In this document: positions 56,140-64,000 of the stretch, piece after piece | How the letters are laid out: each line of letters starts with the position of its first letter | Numbering within the stretch: the first letter of the stretch is position 1 | Assembly (NCBI GenBank): GCA_044867785.1 | Contig: JBIOVM010000098.1 | Coordinates: 1,004 to 65,003 of the forward strand | DNA: 64,000 nt | Direction: 5' to 3' | Source: Candidatus Rokuibacteriota bacterium | GTDB taxonomy: Bacteria > Methylomirabilota > Methylomirabilia > Rokubacteriales > DASRDR01 | Notes under the pieces: model-generated | The model's input: the letters and a program-made list of their open reading frames with translations, nothing else | Told to the model about the DNA's origin: nothing | Databases searched by the model: none | Position numbers and translations under genes: made by a program

Positions 56140-57204
56140 CTACTGCGGAAGCGGCTCGGTGGAGGCGTCGAGGACGGAGCCGGGCCGGCCGGCCCCCACC
56201 CAGGCGGCGTCCAGATGCTCCAGCCAGCGGATGTTGTAGTACCGGGGGTTCTCGAACTCGACCCGGCTCTCCCTGCGAATGCGCTGCACGAGGTCGCCGA
56301 CCGACTCCTCGATCGAGACCTTCGGGCGGAAGTTCAGGATGCGGGCGATCTTTTCGCCCGACACGCGGTAGTTTCTGACGCTGCCACGCTGGTAGTCGGG
56401 ACGGAGGTCGGCCGCGATCCCGAGCCCCCGGAGAGCCTCCCGCACCCGGAGCGCGAGCTCCGAGATGCGCAGATTCTGGTAGCAGAGGTTGAAGATCTGG
56501 CCCTGCACGAGAGCCTGGTCGGCCTCGGCCACGAGGATGTACGCCTGGACCGCGTCTCGGATGTCGACGAGCGGGCGCCACATCTCCCCGCCGTGGTGGA
56601 GCGTGAGCATGCCATGGGTCAGGGCGTCGCGGACGAACGTGTTGACCACGAGGTCGTAGCGCATCCGCGGCGAGTAACCGTACACCGTGCCCTTCCGAAG
56701 GATGACCGGGCAGAAGTGGCGGTCGGTGAGCGGGAGCAGCCCCCGCTCGGCCTCGTACTTGGAGGTGGAATAGGGCGCTCGCGGCGCGACGGAGGACGTT
56801 TCATCCTGGAGGACATCCGCCCGCTCGTCCGTGACCCCGCAGTCGTAGACCGAGCACGACGAGGCCAGTACGTAGCGCCGCACGCCTTGGGCCTTGCACT
56901 GTTGCGCCAGCGCCACCGTCGCCCGGGTGTTGATCTCGTAGTTGGCGCGCGGGTTGAATTCCGCGGTGGGGTCGTTCGAGAGACCCGCGACGTTGAACAC
57001 GGTGTCCACGTCCTCGAACGCCCGGGCCGGGGCCGCCCGCATGTCGGCATCCACCAGCTCGACGCGGTCACGCACGGCGCGGAGCCCGCCGTCCCCGAAG
57101 TACAGGCGGTCGAGCACGCGCACCGCGTAGCCGCGGTGCACCAGTTCCTCGGTCAGGACCGACCCGACGTAGCCGGCGCCGCCGACGACGAGGACCCGCC
57201 GCAC
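56140..57204 (-). CDS. NAD-dependent epimerase/dehydratase (extended SDR)
   Basis: VVGGAGYVGSVL Rossmann motif and catalytic YSTSK. Confidence 0.8.
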   Translation of the reverse strand: MRRVLVVGGAGYVGSVLTEELVHRGYAVRVLDRLYFGDGGLRAVRDRVELVDADMRAAPARAFEDVDTVFNVAGLSNDPTAEFNPRANYEINTRATVALAQQCKAQGVRRYVLASSCSVYDCGVTDERADVLQDETSSVAPRAPYSTSKYEAERGLLPLTDRHFCPVILRKGTVYGYSPRMRYDLVVNTFVRDALTHGMLTLHHGGEMWRPLVDIRDAVQAYILVAEADQALVQGQIFNLCYQNLRISELALRVREALRGLGIAADLRPDYQRGSVRNYRVSGEKIARILNFRPKVSIEESVGDLVQRIRRESRVEFENPRYYNIRWLEHLDAAWVGAGRPGSVLDASTEPLPQ

Positions 57205-57205
57205 T

Positions 57206-57670
57206 CTAGCGCCCTCGGACTGTCCACACGTCGCCGAAGGCGTCCGGAGGGATCCGAACCTCGTCGGGCTTCGCGTGGTTGTAGACGTGGCTCGCGGTAC
57301 TCACCATCTGCGTGTCGTCCTCGAGGGACATCCACCCGTGGTAGACGCCGGGAGGCACGACGATGAGCCGGGGCTTCCGAGCGCTGGCGATGACGGTCAT
57401 CAGGGCGCCGTGCGTCCGGCTTGCCGGCCGATCGTCCTGCAGCACGAACTTCGCGCTGCCGTGGCTGATGAAGAACCAGTCCCAGAGCTCCTCGTGCTTG
57501 TGGAACGCGCGGATGGTCCCGCGGGCCGGGTTGCCCACCAGATAGACTTGTCCGAACTGGTGAACGACCGCGTGCGGGGAAGGGTCCAGGGCGTGCCGGG
57601 CGATCTCGGTCAGATAGCCGCGATCGTCCTCGTGCGTGACCAGGTCGACCACCTTGACCCCGTCGATCAT
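57206..57670 (-). CDS. RmlC-like cupin (dTDP-sugar 3,5-epimerase / 3,4-ketoisomerase family)
   Basis: 154-aa cupin with DDRGYLTEI and FHKHEELWDWFFISHG, resembling RmlC/FdtA. Start at the internal ATG at 57670. Confidence 0.55.
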   Translation of the reverse strand: MIDGVKVVDLVTHEDDRGYLTEIARHALDPSPHAVVHQFGQVYLVGNPARGTIRAFHKHEELWDWFFISHGSAKFVLQDDRPASRTHGALMTVIASARKPRLIVVPPGVYHGWMSLEDDTQMVSTASHVYNHAKPDEVRIPPDAFGDVWTVRGR

Positions 57671-58089
57671 CCGACCATCCCCTTGGTGAGCGTGAACGGC
57701 CGCCGGCCACGGCTCGGGTGGCGACGCAAACAAGCACTTCGCTGGCGAAACTCTACGCAAACACAGGCTGAAAACGCATCAGGGGTTTACCTGACAGCGG
57801 CGGCGGCGGCGAGCGAGACGCGAGGGAGCCGGGCGAAGCGGGTCGTAGGGCGCCCGGCGGCCGGCAGGCGAGGGTCGGCCGGCACGGTCCTCGGCCCGGC
57901 TGCCGCGGGGACGCCCATCGGCGGCGGGGCCTGCCCGTCCGGCGGCGGACTAACTAACTGCCGGCGAGCCGAGCGAGCCCGCGGTGGGAGATCACCTGGT
58001 CGGGCCGGCGATAGTCGGTCGGCACGCCCGTCCGGAGAAGTCCCCCGTGAAACCGTCGCGGGCGGCTGCGCGCCCGCCGCGGCGGCAGA

Positions 58090-59130
58090 CTAGACGCGTG
58101 CGAGCCGACGGAGCCAGCCGTAGGACATCAAGTGGTCGGACAGGAAGGTCTTGAGATAGTCCGTCGGTACCCTCATCACCTGGTGACGCCAGATGCGATC
58201 GCACGTGTAACACGGCAGCTCTTTCGGGATGTCACCCTTGGCCATCTGGGCGCGCAGGGTCACCAGCCGGGAGTCGTTCCAGATCTCCCGCAAGGGCTTC
58301 GTCTTCAGGTCGCCCATCCCGAGCTTGCCGAAGAAGTCCTGGGGGCAGGCGACGACGGTGCCGTCCCAGTACACCGACGTGGAGTACCAGAGGAACGTGC
58401 ACGGCGTGAACCGCCGCCCATCCGCAAGCAGGGCTTCGCGCGAGAGATCGGGCACGAAGATGTCGCCCGCCCAGTTGTGCGGCGTACGCAGGACGACGCG
58501 ATCGAGCGGTAGCCCCTTGAAGTTGTCGAGGAACGCTCGCCGGAGGCGCTTCAGCTCGTGCTTGGGCGGCCCGCCGATCTCCATGACCTGGAGCACGGTG
58601 AGGGGATGCTTCGCCCCCAGGTCCTTCTTGAGCCGAAGGAAGTCCGTCAGGTGGCCCAGCGCCCACTCGAACTTCGCGCCGACCCGGTTCTTCTCGTACA
58701 TGTCCTTCTCGTAGCCGTCGAAGGAGCACGAGAGGAAGTCGAGCCCGGATTCGATCAGCGCCCGGCCCTTCTTCTCGTTGAGCAGGGTGATGTTCGTGTG
58801 GACCCGCGTGTACAGGCCCTTCTGCCGGGCATAGGCGACCATGTCGGCGAGGCGGGGATGCATGAGTGGCTCGCCGCGGTGGAAGAGGTTCACGTCGTAG
58901 GCGTGGTCGGCGACCTGGTCGATGATCGACGTGTAGAGCGCGTAGTCCATGAAGCCGTGGTCTTCCTTGACCACGTCTTTGTTCGGGCAGTAGCCGCACT
59001 TGAGGTTGCAGCGGCTCGTGGACTCGATCCAGAGCCGAACAGGGAGCTGGCCGACCTTGCTCGCGCCGCTCCGGTAGGCCCAAAGGATGCGCGCCAGACG
59101 CGCTACATGGCGAAGGTGTCGCCGGTCCAC
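58090..59130 (-). CDS. radical SAM protein with a C-terminal SPASM/twitch-like Cys cluster
   Basis: CNLKCGYCPNK (CxxxCxxC) near the N-terminus. C-terminal Cys are CTFLWY...VVACPQDFF...CYTC. GC content is noticeably lower than in flanking genes. Confidence 0.75.
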   Translation of the reverse strand: MDRRHLRHVARLARILWAYRSGASKVGQLPVRLWIESTSRCNLKCGYCPNKDVVKEDHGFMDYALYTSIIDQVADHAYDVNLFHRGEPLMHPRLADMVAYARQKGLYTRVHTNITLLNEKKGRALIESGLDFLSCSFDGYEKDMYEKNRVGAKFEWALGHLTDFLRLKKDLGAKHPLTVLQVMEIGGPPKHELKRLRRAFLDNFKGLPLDRVVLRTPHNWAGDIFVPDLSREALLADGRRFTPCTFLWYSTSVYWDGTVVACPQDFFGKLGMGDLKTKPLREIWNDSRLVTLRAQMAKGDIPKELPCYTCDRIWRHQVMRVPTDYLKTFLSDHLMSYGWLRRLARV

Positions 59131-59182
59131 TCGCCCGAGTATAGCAGACGGAGGTTGCGCGGCCGCGCGCAGTCGGGACCGG

Positions 59183-61960
59183 TCACTGGCCGGGACGCAC
59201 GACCTCGACCCGGCTCAGCGCGAGCGTCGTCTCCAGGGTCGGGGCGAGGCCGCGCCACCAACGGTGCAAGCGCCATCCCGACCGCGGGTTCCAGACGCCG
59301 GCCACCACCCGGTACCGCCCCGGCGCGAGGTCGGGGGGCACCGCGAGGCGCCGCCGGACGCTCACGTGCTGGGGACCCGAACCGAGCCCGGACAGGAGGC
59401 CGGGCAGCGGGAAGTCGTCCCCGAAGTGCGTTTCCGGGCCCTCGGGCTGCCCGACGGCGCGGAAGTGCACCCAGACCATCAGCGGGGACGAGGTGTCCGC
59501 GAGCACGCGCCAGTGCGTCGTGAGGTCGACCGCCTCCCCGGCTCGGAGAGGCTGGGGCGCGATGTCGTATCCCCGGAGCTCGACGACCCCGCCGAGCACC
59601 GCGCCGATGGTCGTCGACGGGGCGAGTGACGCGTCGGCCTCGGCGGTGAGCCTGGCCGCCTCCGGGACGTCGCCGTCGGCGGCGGCGAGACGGGCGCGGA
59701 GGCGCCAGAGCTCCGCGTGCACGCGCTCGGGGGCGAACCCGCGCGCGATGTCCGCATAGGCGGCGCGCGCCTCCTCCACGAGGCCGACCTTCGCGAGCCG
59801 TGCGGCGTAATCGACCGGCGACCGGGTCCTCGCCCGGAGCGCGGTCGTCAGCCGCGAATAGGCGCCGTAGCCGCTCGGGTCGTCGGGGGCGACGCGCATC
59901 GCGTCGCGATAGCGAGGGAGGGCGGCGGCCGCGTGCCCGGTGGCTTCCAGCTGGCGGCCCTCACGCACGAGGCCGGCGGCCACTTCGGGTGAGGCGCCGG
60001 GCGGGCTCGGTCCTACCAAGAAGAGCTCGGCCACGCTCCATCGCCCGCCGGGACCCGCGTCCATCAGCCGCACGCGCCGTGTCGTCACCGGCGCGAAGCG
60101 CACGGTCAGGGTTCGGCTGGGCCCGATCCGCGCGGCGCCGTTCTCCCAGCGGGTCGCGACGGCCAGAGGGAGGAGCTGGGCCACCTGCTCCCAACCGCGC
60201 CCGGCGTCGATCATGACGAGGAGGTGCTCCGGCGCTCGCTCGGCGCGGTCGTTGATGAGCACCACTCCGCCGAGCGTGCGCATGGCGCCGAGGTCCACCT
60301 CGACCCAGGCGGATCCGCTGGGGCCCGCCGCGCTCGACCAGCCGGTGTCGAGTCGAGCGTCCACCAGGCTCGAGGCGTCGCCGCGTCCGTCACTCGCGCG
60401 GACGGCCCACCCCGAGCGTGGCAGGGGCGAGACGTCCGACGGCGGCGTGAACTGGTCGAACACCCAGTAGTCGCCGATCCGACGCTCCCGGGCCCCGATC
60501 TCCGCCGCGGCCAGCCAGTGGCGGAAGTACTCGACGCCGGCCTGCACCACGTAGGCCGGTCGCGGCGAGTCGTCGACGGCGCGCGTATGCGGCGGGTAGC
60601 GGTCGTTGAACGGCTGGGCGACGATGACGTCCCCGCCGCTGTCGAAGGTGAGCCGGGGAGCGACCCAGTACGTGAAGGCGTACGCGCGCGGGAGGTCGTT
60701 CGCTCGCAGGAAGGCGAGGAGGCGCTCGTCGGCCTCGCGCTCCTGCCGGTACTGGCGGCGCGCTTGCGGCCAGAGCGCCGTGATGTCCGGGAGCAGATCG
60801 ACGCCGACCGCGGCGAGATATAGGGTCACCGCGACGACCGCGCCGACGCGCGACCGGCGCCACGTGAGCTGGGCCGCCCGCGCCAGCACCAGCGCGAGGA
60901 AGGGGACGAGCGGCAGCAGGTAGCGCGGCACCCGGACGTACCCCCCGTACCAGACCACTCCGAGCGTGACGGCGATGGCGACGAGCAGCAGGGCTTCGCC
61001 GGCGCGGCCGGGGTCGCCTCGCAGGCGCGCGACTCCCACGAGGACACGCCCGAGGAGGAGCGCGACCGCCGCGCCGAGGATCACCGGGATCGTCCAGGCG
61101 AGCACGCCCGGCAGATGGGGTGGATCGCTGCCGCCCGCCTGCACGCCGAGGAGCACCGGCAGGCGCTCGAGGAAGAGGATCCGGGTGGCCCCGATCCCGG
61201 GAAACTGTCCCTGATAGCGGACGCCGGTGCTGAAGGTCGCCCAGTCGTGCGTCAGGTTGTACGCCCAGAACGGGAGGCTTCCGACGAAGAACGCGCCGAT
61301 GCCGAGCCAGGCGGCGCGTTGGAGCGGCAGCCGTGGCTCGACCAGGAGCAGGGCGAGCGCGGCCGGGATCAGGGCGTCGACGATCTGGAAGTTGAAGTAG
61401 AGGCCGAGCCCCCCGGCGAGACCCATGGCGATCGCCACCCGGCAGCGCGCGGGCTCGGCAAGGGGACGAGCGAGCCAGAGCGCCGCGCCGAGGAGGACCA
61501 GCTGACCCACGAGCAGGTGCTCGACGTAGTACGACCGGGCCAGCGTGTAGTTCGCCGCCGTGTAGGCGGAGACCCAGATCGTGAAGAGCATCGCGAGGAG
61601 GCCGGCCTCGTGACCGAAGAGCACCCGGCCCGTGCGGTAGACGGCCAGGACGAGCGCGACGGTCGCGAGGGCCGGGGCCAGGACCAGCGCCCACCGTGAT
61701 ACGCCGAAGAGAGCGAAGAGGGGAGCGGCGACGTACACCTCGGGCACACCGGCGTGGTCCTGCATCCAGAAGAAGACGGGGAACTCCCCGCGCAGCACGT
61801 AGGCGCCCATCAGCCCGGTCACCGCCTGATCGGCGTCGAGGCGGGGGAAGGCGAGGGGCAACCCGAGGAGGAGGGCGAGGAGGCCGAGGAGCGCCCAGAA
61901 GCGCCAGTCGCGGGAGGCCCGGACGCGCGCCCCGCCCGGCGGCGGCGCGGCGGCGCTCAT
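59183..61960 (-). CDS. GT-C-fold membrane glycosyltransferase (GT39/ArnT-like) with a discoidin-like domain, a TPR-like region and a C-terminal PGRY beta-module
   Basis: About 13 TM helices in the first 430 aa with first-loop FPRLDADQ. The middle region has LDTGWSSAAGPSGSAWVEVDLG (F5/8 type C-like), an Ala-rich helical repeat region, and a C-terminal LAPGRYRVVAGVW. Confidence 0.65.
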   Translation of the reverse strand: MSAAAPPPGGARVRASRDWRFWALLGLLALLLGLPLAFPRLDADQAVTGLMGAYVLRGEFPVFFWMQDHAGVPEVYVAAPLFALFGVSRWALVLAPALATVALVLAVYRTGRVLFGHEAGLLAMLFTIWVSAYTAANYTLARSYYVEHLLVGQLVLLGAALWLARPLAEPARCRVAIAMGLAGGLGLYFNFQIVDALIPAALALLLVEPRLPLQRAAWLGIGAFFVGSLPFWAYNLTHDWATFSTGVRYQGQFPGIGATRILFLERLPVLLGVQAGGSDPPHLPGVLAWTIPVILGAAVALLLGRVLVGVARLRGDPGRAGEALLLVAIAVTLGVVWYGGYVRVPRYLLPLVPFLALVLARAAQLTWRRSRVGAVVAVTLYLAAVGVDLLPDITALWPQARRQYRQEREADERLLAFLRANDLPRAYAFTYWVAPRLTFDSGGDVIVAQPFNDRYPPHTRAVDDSPRPAYVVQAGVEYFRHWLAAAEIGARERRIGDYWVFDQFTPPSDVSPLPRSGWAVRASDGRGDASSLVDARLDTGWSSAAGPSGSAWVEVDLGAMRTLGGVVLINDRAERAPEHLLVMIDAGRGWEQVAQLLPLAVATRWENGAARIGPSRTLTVRFAPVTTRRVRLMDAGPGGRWSVAELFLVGPSPPGASPEVAAGLVREGRQLEATGHAAAALPRYRDAMRVAPDDPSGYGAYSRLTTALRARTRSPVDYAARLAKVGLVEEARAAYADIARGFAPERVHAELWRLRARLAAADGDVPEAARLTAEADASLAPSTTIGAVLGGVVELRGYDIAPQPLRAGEAVDLTTHWRVLADTSSPLMVWVHFRAVGQPEGPETHFGDDFPLPGLLSGLGSGPQHVSVRRRLAVPPDLAPGRYRVVAGVWNPRSGWRLHRWWRGLAPTLETTLALSRVEVVRPGQ

Positions 61961-62673
61961 CGCCGGATGAGCCGCAGGCGGAGCACCGACGCGAGGTAGG
62001 TCCAGAAATACGTGAGGAAGCGCGTCTTGGACTCGCCGCCCTTCCGGATCCGGTAGACCGTCGGGATCTCCAGCACCCGGGCGCCTCGGCGGACCACATG
62101 GTCCAGGAGGCGGATGGCGTAGTCGCCGTAGCCGTAGAAAACGGCGTCGGGGTCGATGCCGTGGAGCAGCGTCGGCCGGAACACGAGATACCCGGACAGG
62201 TTGTCGTGGATGCGCAGCCCGAGCACGATCCGGATCAGGATGTTGAACGCGTACGACCCCCAGTAGCGGGACCGCGACGTGACCATGTCGCCCCCGAGGA
62301 CGTACCGGGAGCCGATCACCACGTCGAAGTCCTCCACGCAGCGGACCATGAGCGGCAGCAGGGCGGGATCGTGGTTGCCGTCGGAGTCCATGATCGCGAC
62401 CACGTCCCCGCGCGCCTCCCGGATGCCCCGATGGATCGCGCTCGCCAGGCCGCGCTCGCCCCGGCGGACGTGAACGCGCACCGCGGGCTCGGTCCGGAAC
62501 GTCGCCTCGACGTGCTCGGCCGTGCCGTCCGGCGAAGCGTCGTCGACCACGAGGACCTCGACGGTGAGGCCCGCCCGCCGGGCGACGGTCAGGACCTCGC
62601 CGACGATCTCGGCGATTCCCTCGCGCTCGTTGTACGTGGGCAGGATGACAGAGACCATCGAGGCTCGCCTCAC
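61957..62673 (-). CDS. GT2 polyprenol-phosphate sugar synthase (DPM1/ArnC-like, soluble form)
   Basis: VSVILPTYNE, VDDASPDGT and DSDGNHDP (DxD) motifs; 238 aa. Overlaps the GT-C gene start by 4 nt. Confidence 0.8.
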   Translation of the reverse strand: MRRASMVSVILPTYNEREGIAEIVGEVLTVARRAGLTVEVLVVDDASPDGTAEHVEATFRTEPAVRVHVRRGERGLASAIHRGIREARGDVVAIMDSDGNHDPALLPLMVRCVEDFDVVIGSRYVLGGDMVTSRSRYWGSYAFNILIRIVLGLRIHDNLSGYLVFRPTLLHGIDPDAVFYGYGDYAIRLLDHVVRRGARVLEIPTVYRIRKGGESKTRFLTYFWTYLASVLRLRLIRR

Positions 62674-62709
62674 CTCAGCCGGGCGCGGATCGATCAGGGC
62701 TGCGCTCCC

Positions 62710-63804
62710 TCAGCCCCGGCCGAGCTCCCGCACGGCGTCGCATACCGTCGCGATCTCGTGAGGCAGGAGTCCCGTGCCCGAGGGGAGGTTCATGCCCGTC
62801 TTTCCGAGGGCGGTCGCGACCGGGAACCTCGCCTCCACGTGGTAGGGGGGCAGCTCGTGAAGCGGCACGAAGAAGGGTCGCGAGTCGATGCCGCGGGCGC
62901 GAAGCGCCGTCCGCACGGCTTCGCGGTCGAGCCCGAACGCCGGTTCGACGAGGACGGAGTACATCCAGTGGACGCTCTCGGCCCAGGCCTCGGCCGGCGG
63001 CGGCGTGAGACCGGCGATCCCGGCCAGACCGCTCGCGTAGGCGGCGGCGATCTCCTTCCGTCGCGCCAGGATCCGGTCGGCCTGCTCGAGCTGCGCGCAG
63101 CCGATCGCCGCCTGGATGTTCGTCATGCGGTAGTTGAAGCCGATCTCCGGATGGTAGTAGCGGCGTCGGGGATCCATGGCGTGGTCGCGCAGGAATGCCG
63201 CGCGCTCGGCCAGCTTCGGGTCGTTCGTCACGACCATGCCGCCCTCGCCGGTCGTGATGATCTTGTTCCCGTAGAACGAGAAGGCTCCGATGCGGCCGAG
63301 GGCGCCCACCCGCCGGCCCTTGTAGCGGGCGCCGTGGGCTTCCGCCGCGTCCTCGACCACGTCGACCCCGTGCGCGGCTCCCAGCGCGAGGATCGGGTCC
63401 ATGTCGACGGGATGCCCGTACAGGTGCACGGGAATGATCGCCCGGGTCCGCCCGGTGAGCTTGCGCCGGGCATCTTCCGGATCCATGCCCCACGTGCGCG
63501 GGTCGGCGTCGACCAGCACGGGCGTCGCGCCGGTATAGCGAACGACGTTGGCCGTCGACACGAAGGTCATGTCGGGCACCAGGACCTCGTCGCCCGGCCC
63601 GATCCCGAGGGTGACCAGGCAGAGATGGAGCGCCGTCGTGCCGTTCGACGTGGCCACCCCGTGGCCGGCCTCGCAGAACGCGGCGAAGTCGCGCTCGAAC
63701 CGCCCGACGTACTCGCCGAGCGAGGAGATCCATCCCGACTCGACGCAGTCGAGGACGTAGCGCCGGACGCTGTCGGACAGCCAAGGGGCGAAGACCGGGA
63801 TCAT
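62710..63804 (-). CDS. DegT/DnrJ/EryC1/StrS family sugar aminotransferase
   Basis: PLP-lysine motif SFYGNKIITTGEGG and the GTTALHL region; 364 aa. Confidence 0.85.
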   Translation of the reverse strand: MIPVFAPWLSDSVRRYVLDCVESGWISSLGEYVGRFERDFAAFCEAGHGVATSNGTTALHLCLVTLGIGPGDEVLVPDMTFVSTANVVRYTGATPVLVDADPRTWGMDPEDARRKLTGRTRAIIPVHLYGHPVDMDPILALGAAHGVDVVEDAAEAHGARYKGRRVGALGRIGAFSFYGNKIITTGEGGMVVTNDPKLAERAAFLRDHAMDPRRRYYHPEIGFNYRMTNIQAAIGCAQLEQADRILARRKEIAAAYASGLAGIAGLTPPPAEAWAESVHWMYSVLVEPAFGLDREAVRTALRARGIDSRPFFVPLHELPPYHVEARFPVATALGKTGMNLPSGTGLLPHEIATVCDAVRELGRG

Positions 63805-64000
63805 TCTTGCTCCTCTCGCACCTCGGCCACGGCGTCGCACACGTAGGCGATCTCCGCTTCCGTGAGAGTCGCTCCCGACGGCAAGTAGAGACCGCGCCGG
63901 CAGAGGTCCTCCGCCACCGGGAACCGCTGCCCGCGGAACGCTTCATAGTAGATCGGCTGCAGGTGGATGGGAATGAAGAAGGTGCGGGTTTCGATCCCGC
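63801..64000 (-). CDS. second DegT-family sugar aminotransferase, 3' portion only (the gene continues beyond the window)
   Basis: The reverse translation ends ...GLYLPSGATLTEAEIAYVCDAVAEVREEQE*, which is the conserved DegT C-terminus. Its stop overlaps the downstream DegT ATG (ATGA). Confidence 0.55.
   Translation of the reverse strand, partial: GIETRTFFIPIHLQPIYYEAFRGQRFPVAEDLCRRGLYLPSGATLTEAEIAYVCDAVAEVREEQE

Noticed and set aside
55201-57366. 721-aa plus-strand ORF over the rmlD/epimerase region
   Set aside because: It is antisense to RmlD and an SDR epimerase, which carry Rossmann and YxxxK motifs. The ORF itself is Arg/Glu/Gly/Pro-rich.
61696-63846. 716-aa plus-strand ORF over the GT2 and DegT genes
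   Set aside because: It is antisense to genes with DxD and PLP-lysine motifs and has a low-complexity translation.
58090-64000. Reading two DegT aminotransferases plus rSAM as a desosamine-type (DesI/DesII/DesV) pathway
   Set aside because: The rSAM has a C-terminal SPASM/twitch-like Cys cluster and a length of 346 aa, unlike DesII. No N,N-dimethyltransferase or RmlA/RmlB is present in the window. It is retained only as a general hypothesis of rSAM-mediated amino-sugar modification.
1-64000. Search for tRNA/rRNA genes, CRISPR repeats, IS elements and integrases
   Set aside because: I saw no direct-repeat arrays, inverted terminal repeats flanking a transposase-like ORF, or tRNA-like cloverleaf-sized gaps between genes. 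Intergenic regions are short except at 35408-36226.

Overview
This is a 64-kb window of very high-GC (about 70%+) bacterial DNA, densely coded on both strands. I recognised no rRNA or tRNA genes, CRISPR arrays, transposases or integrases by eye. Because of the GC content, almost every real gene is shadowed by long spurious ORFs in the antisense or alternate frames (Arg/Ala/Gly/Pro-rich translations). I selected frames by recognisable catalytic motifs and domain architecture and re-derived start codons by codon arithmetic from the ORF track, so start coordinates carry an uncertainty of a few codons. Left half (1-31.7 kb) is metabolic and transport genes: a GldG-like/DUF4340 pair, enoyl-CoA hydratase, an MBL hydrolase, a FucU-aldo/keto reductase-amidohydrolase operon resembling non-phosphorylative L-fucose catabolism, a hydantoinase, a thiolase, and a long minus-strand operon (JmjC-like cupin, DUF1989, Thr/Ser dehydratase, MFS, AhpD-like, peptide-type ABC importer without ATPase genes, alpha/beta hydrolase) with a divergent RidA gene. 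That half also carries a D-Ala-D-Ala carboxypeptidase, a HAD dehalogenase-like protein, a SagB/ThcOx-type dehydrogenase translationally coupled to a small zinc-ribbon ORF, a Tat-dependent cyclase and a class III aminotransferase. Right half (31.7-64 kb) is a large cell-envelope glycan biosynthesis island: three GT2 enzymes (two DPM1/ArnC-like polyprenol-phosphate sugar synthases, one fused to a SAM methyltransferase), three LPG-synthase-TM/flippase-like membrane proteins, a UbiA-family prenyltransferase, an AsnB-like amidotransferase, a hexapeptide acetyltransferase, two DegT aminotransferases, RmlD/RmlC-like and SDR epimerase genes, a GT1, and a lower-GC radical SAM/SPASM gene. It also encodes five very large (820-980 aa) polytopic membrane proteins that I interpret as GT-C-fold glycosyltransferases, two with F5/8 discoidin domains and three sharing a repeated C-terminal PGRY beta-module (two of the three are a tandem, translationally coupled duplicate). 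This island is the best candidate for an undescribed system: it looks like a lipid-linked amino/deoxy-sugar pathway feeding multiple periplasmic GT-C transferases with lectin-like modules. Two genes, and possibly a third, have TATAAT/TATACT boxes 6 nt from their start codons, suggesting leaderless transcripts.
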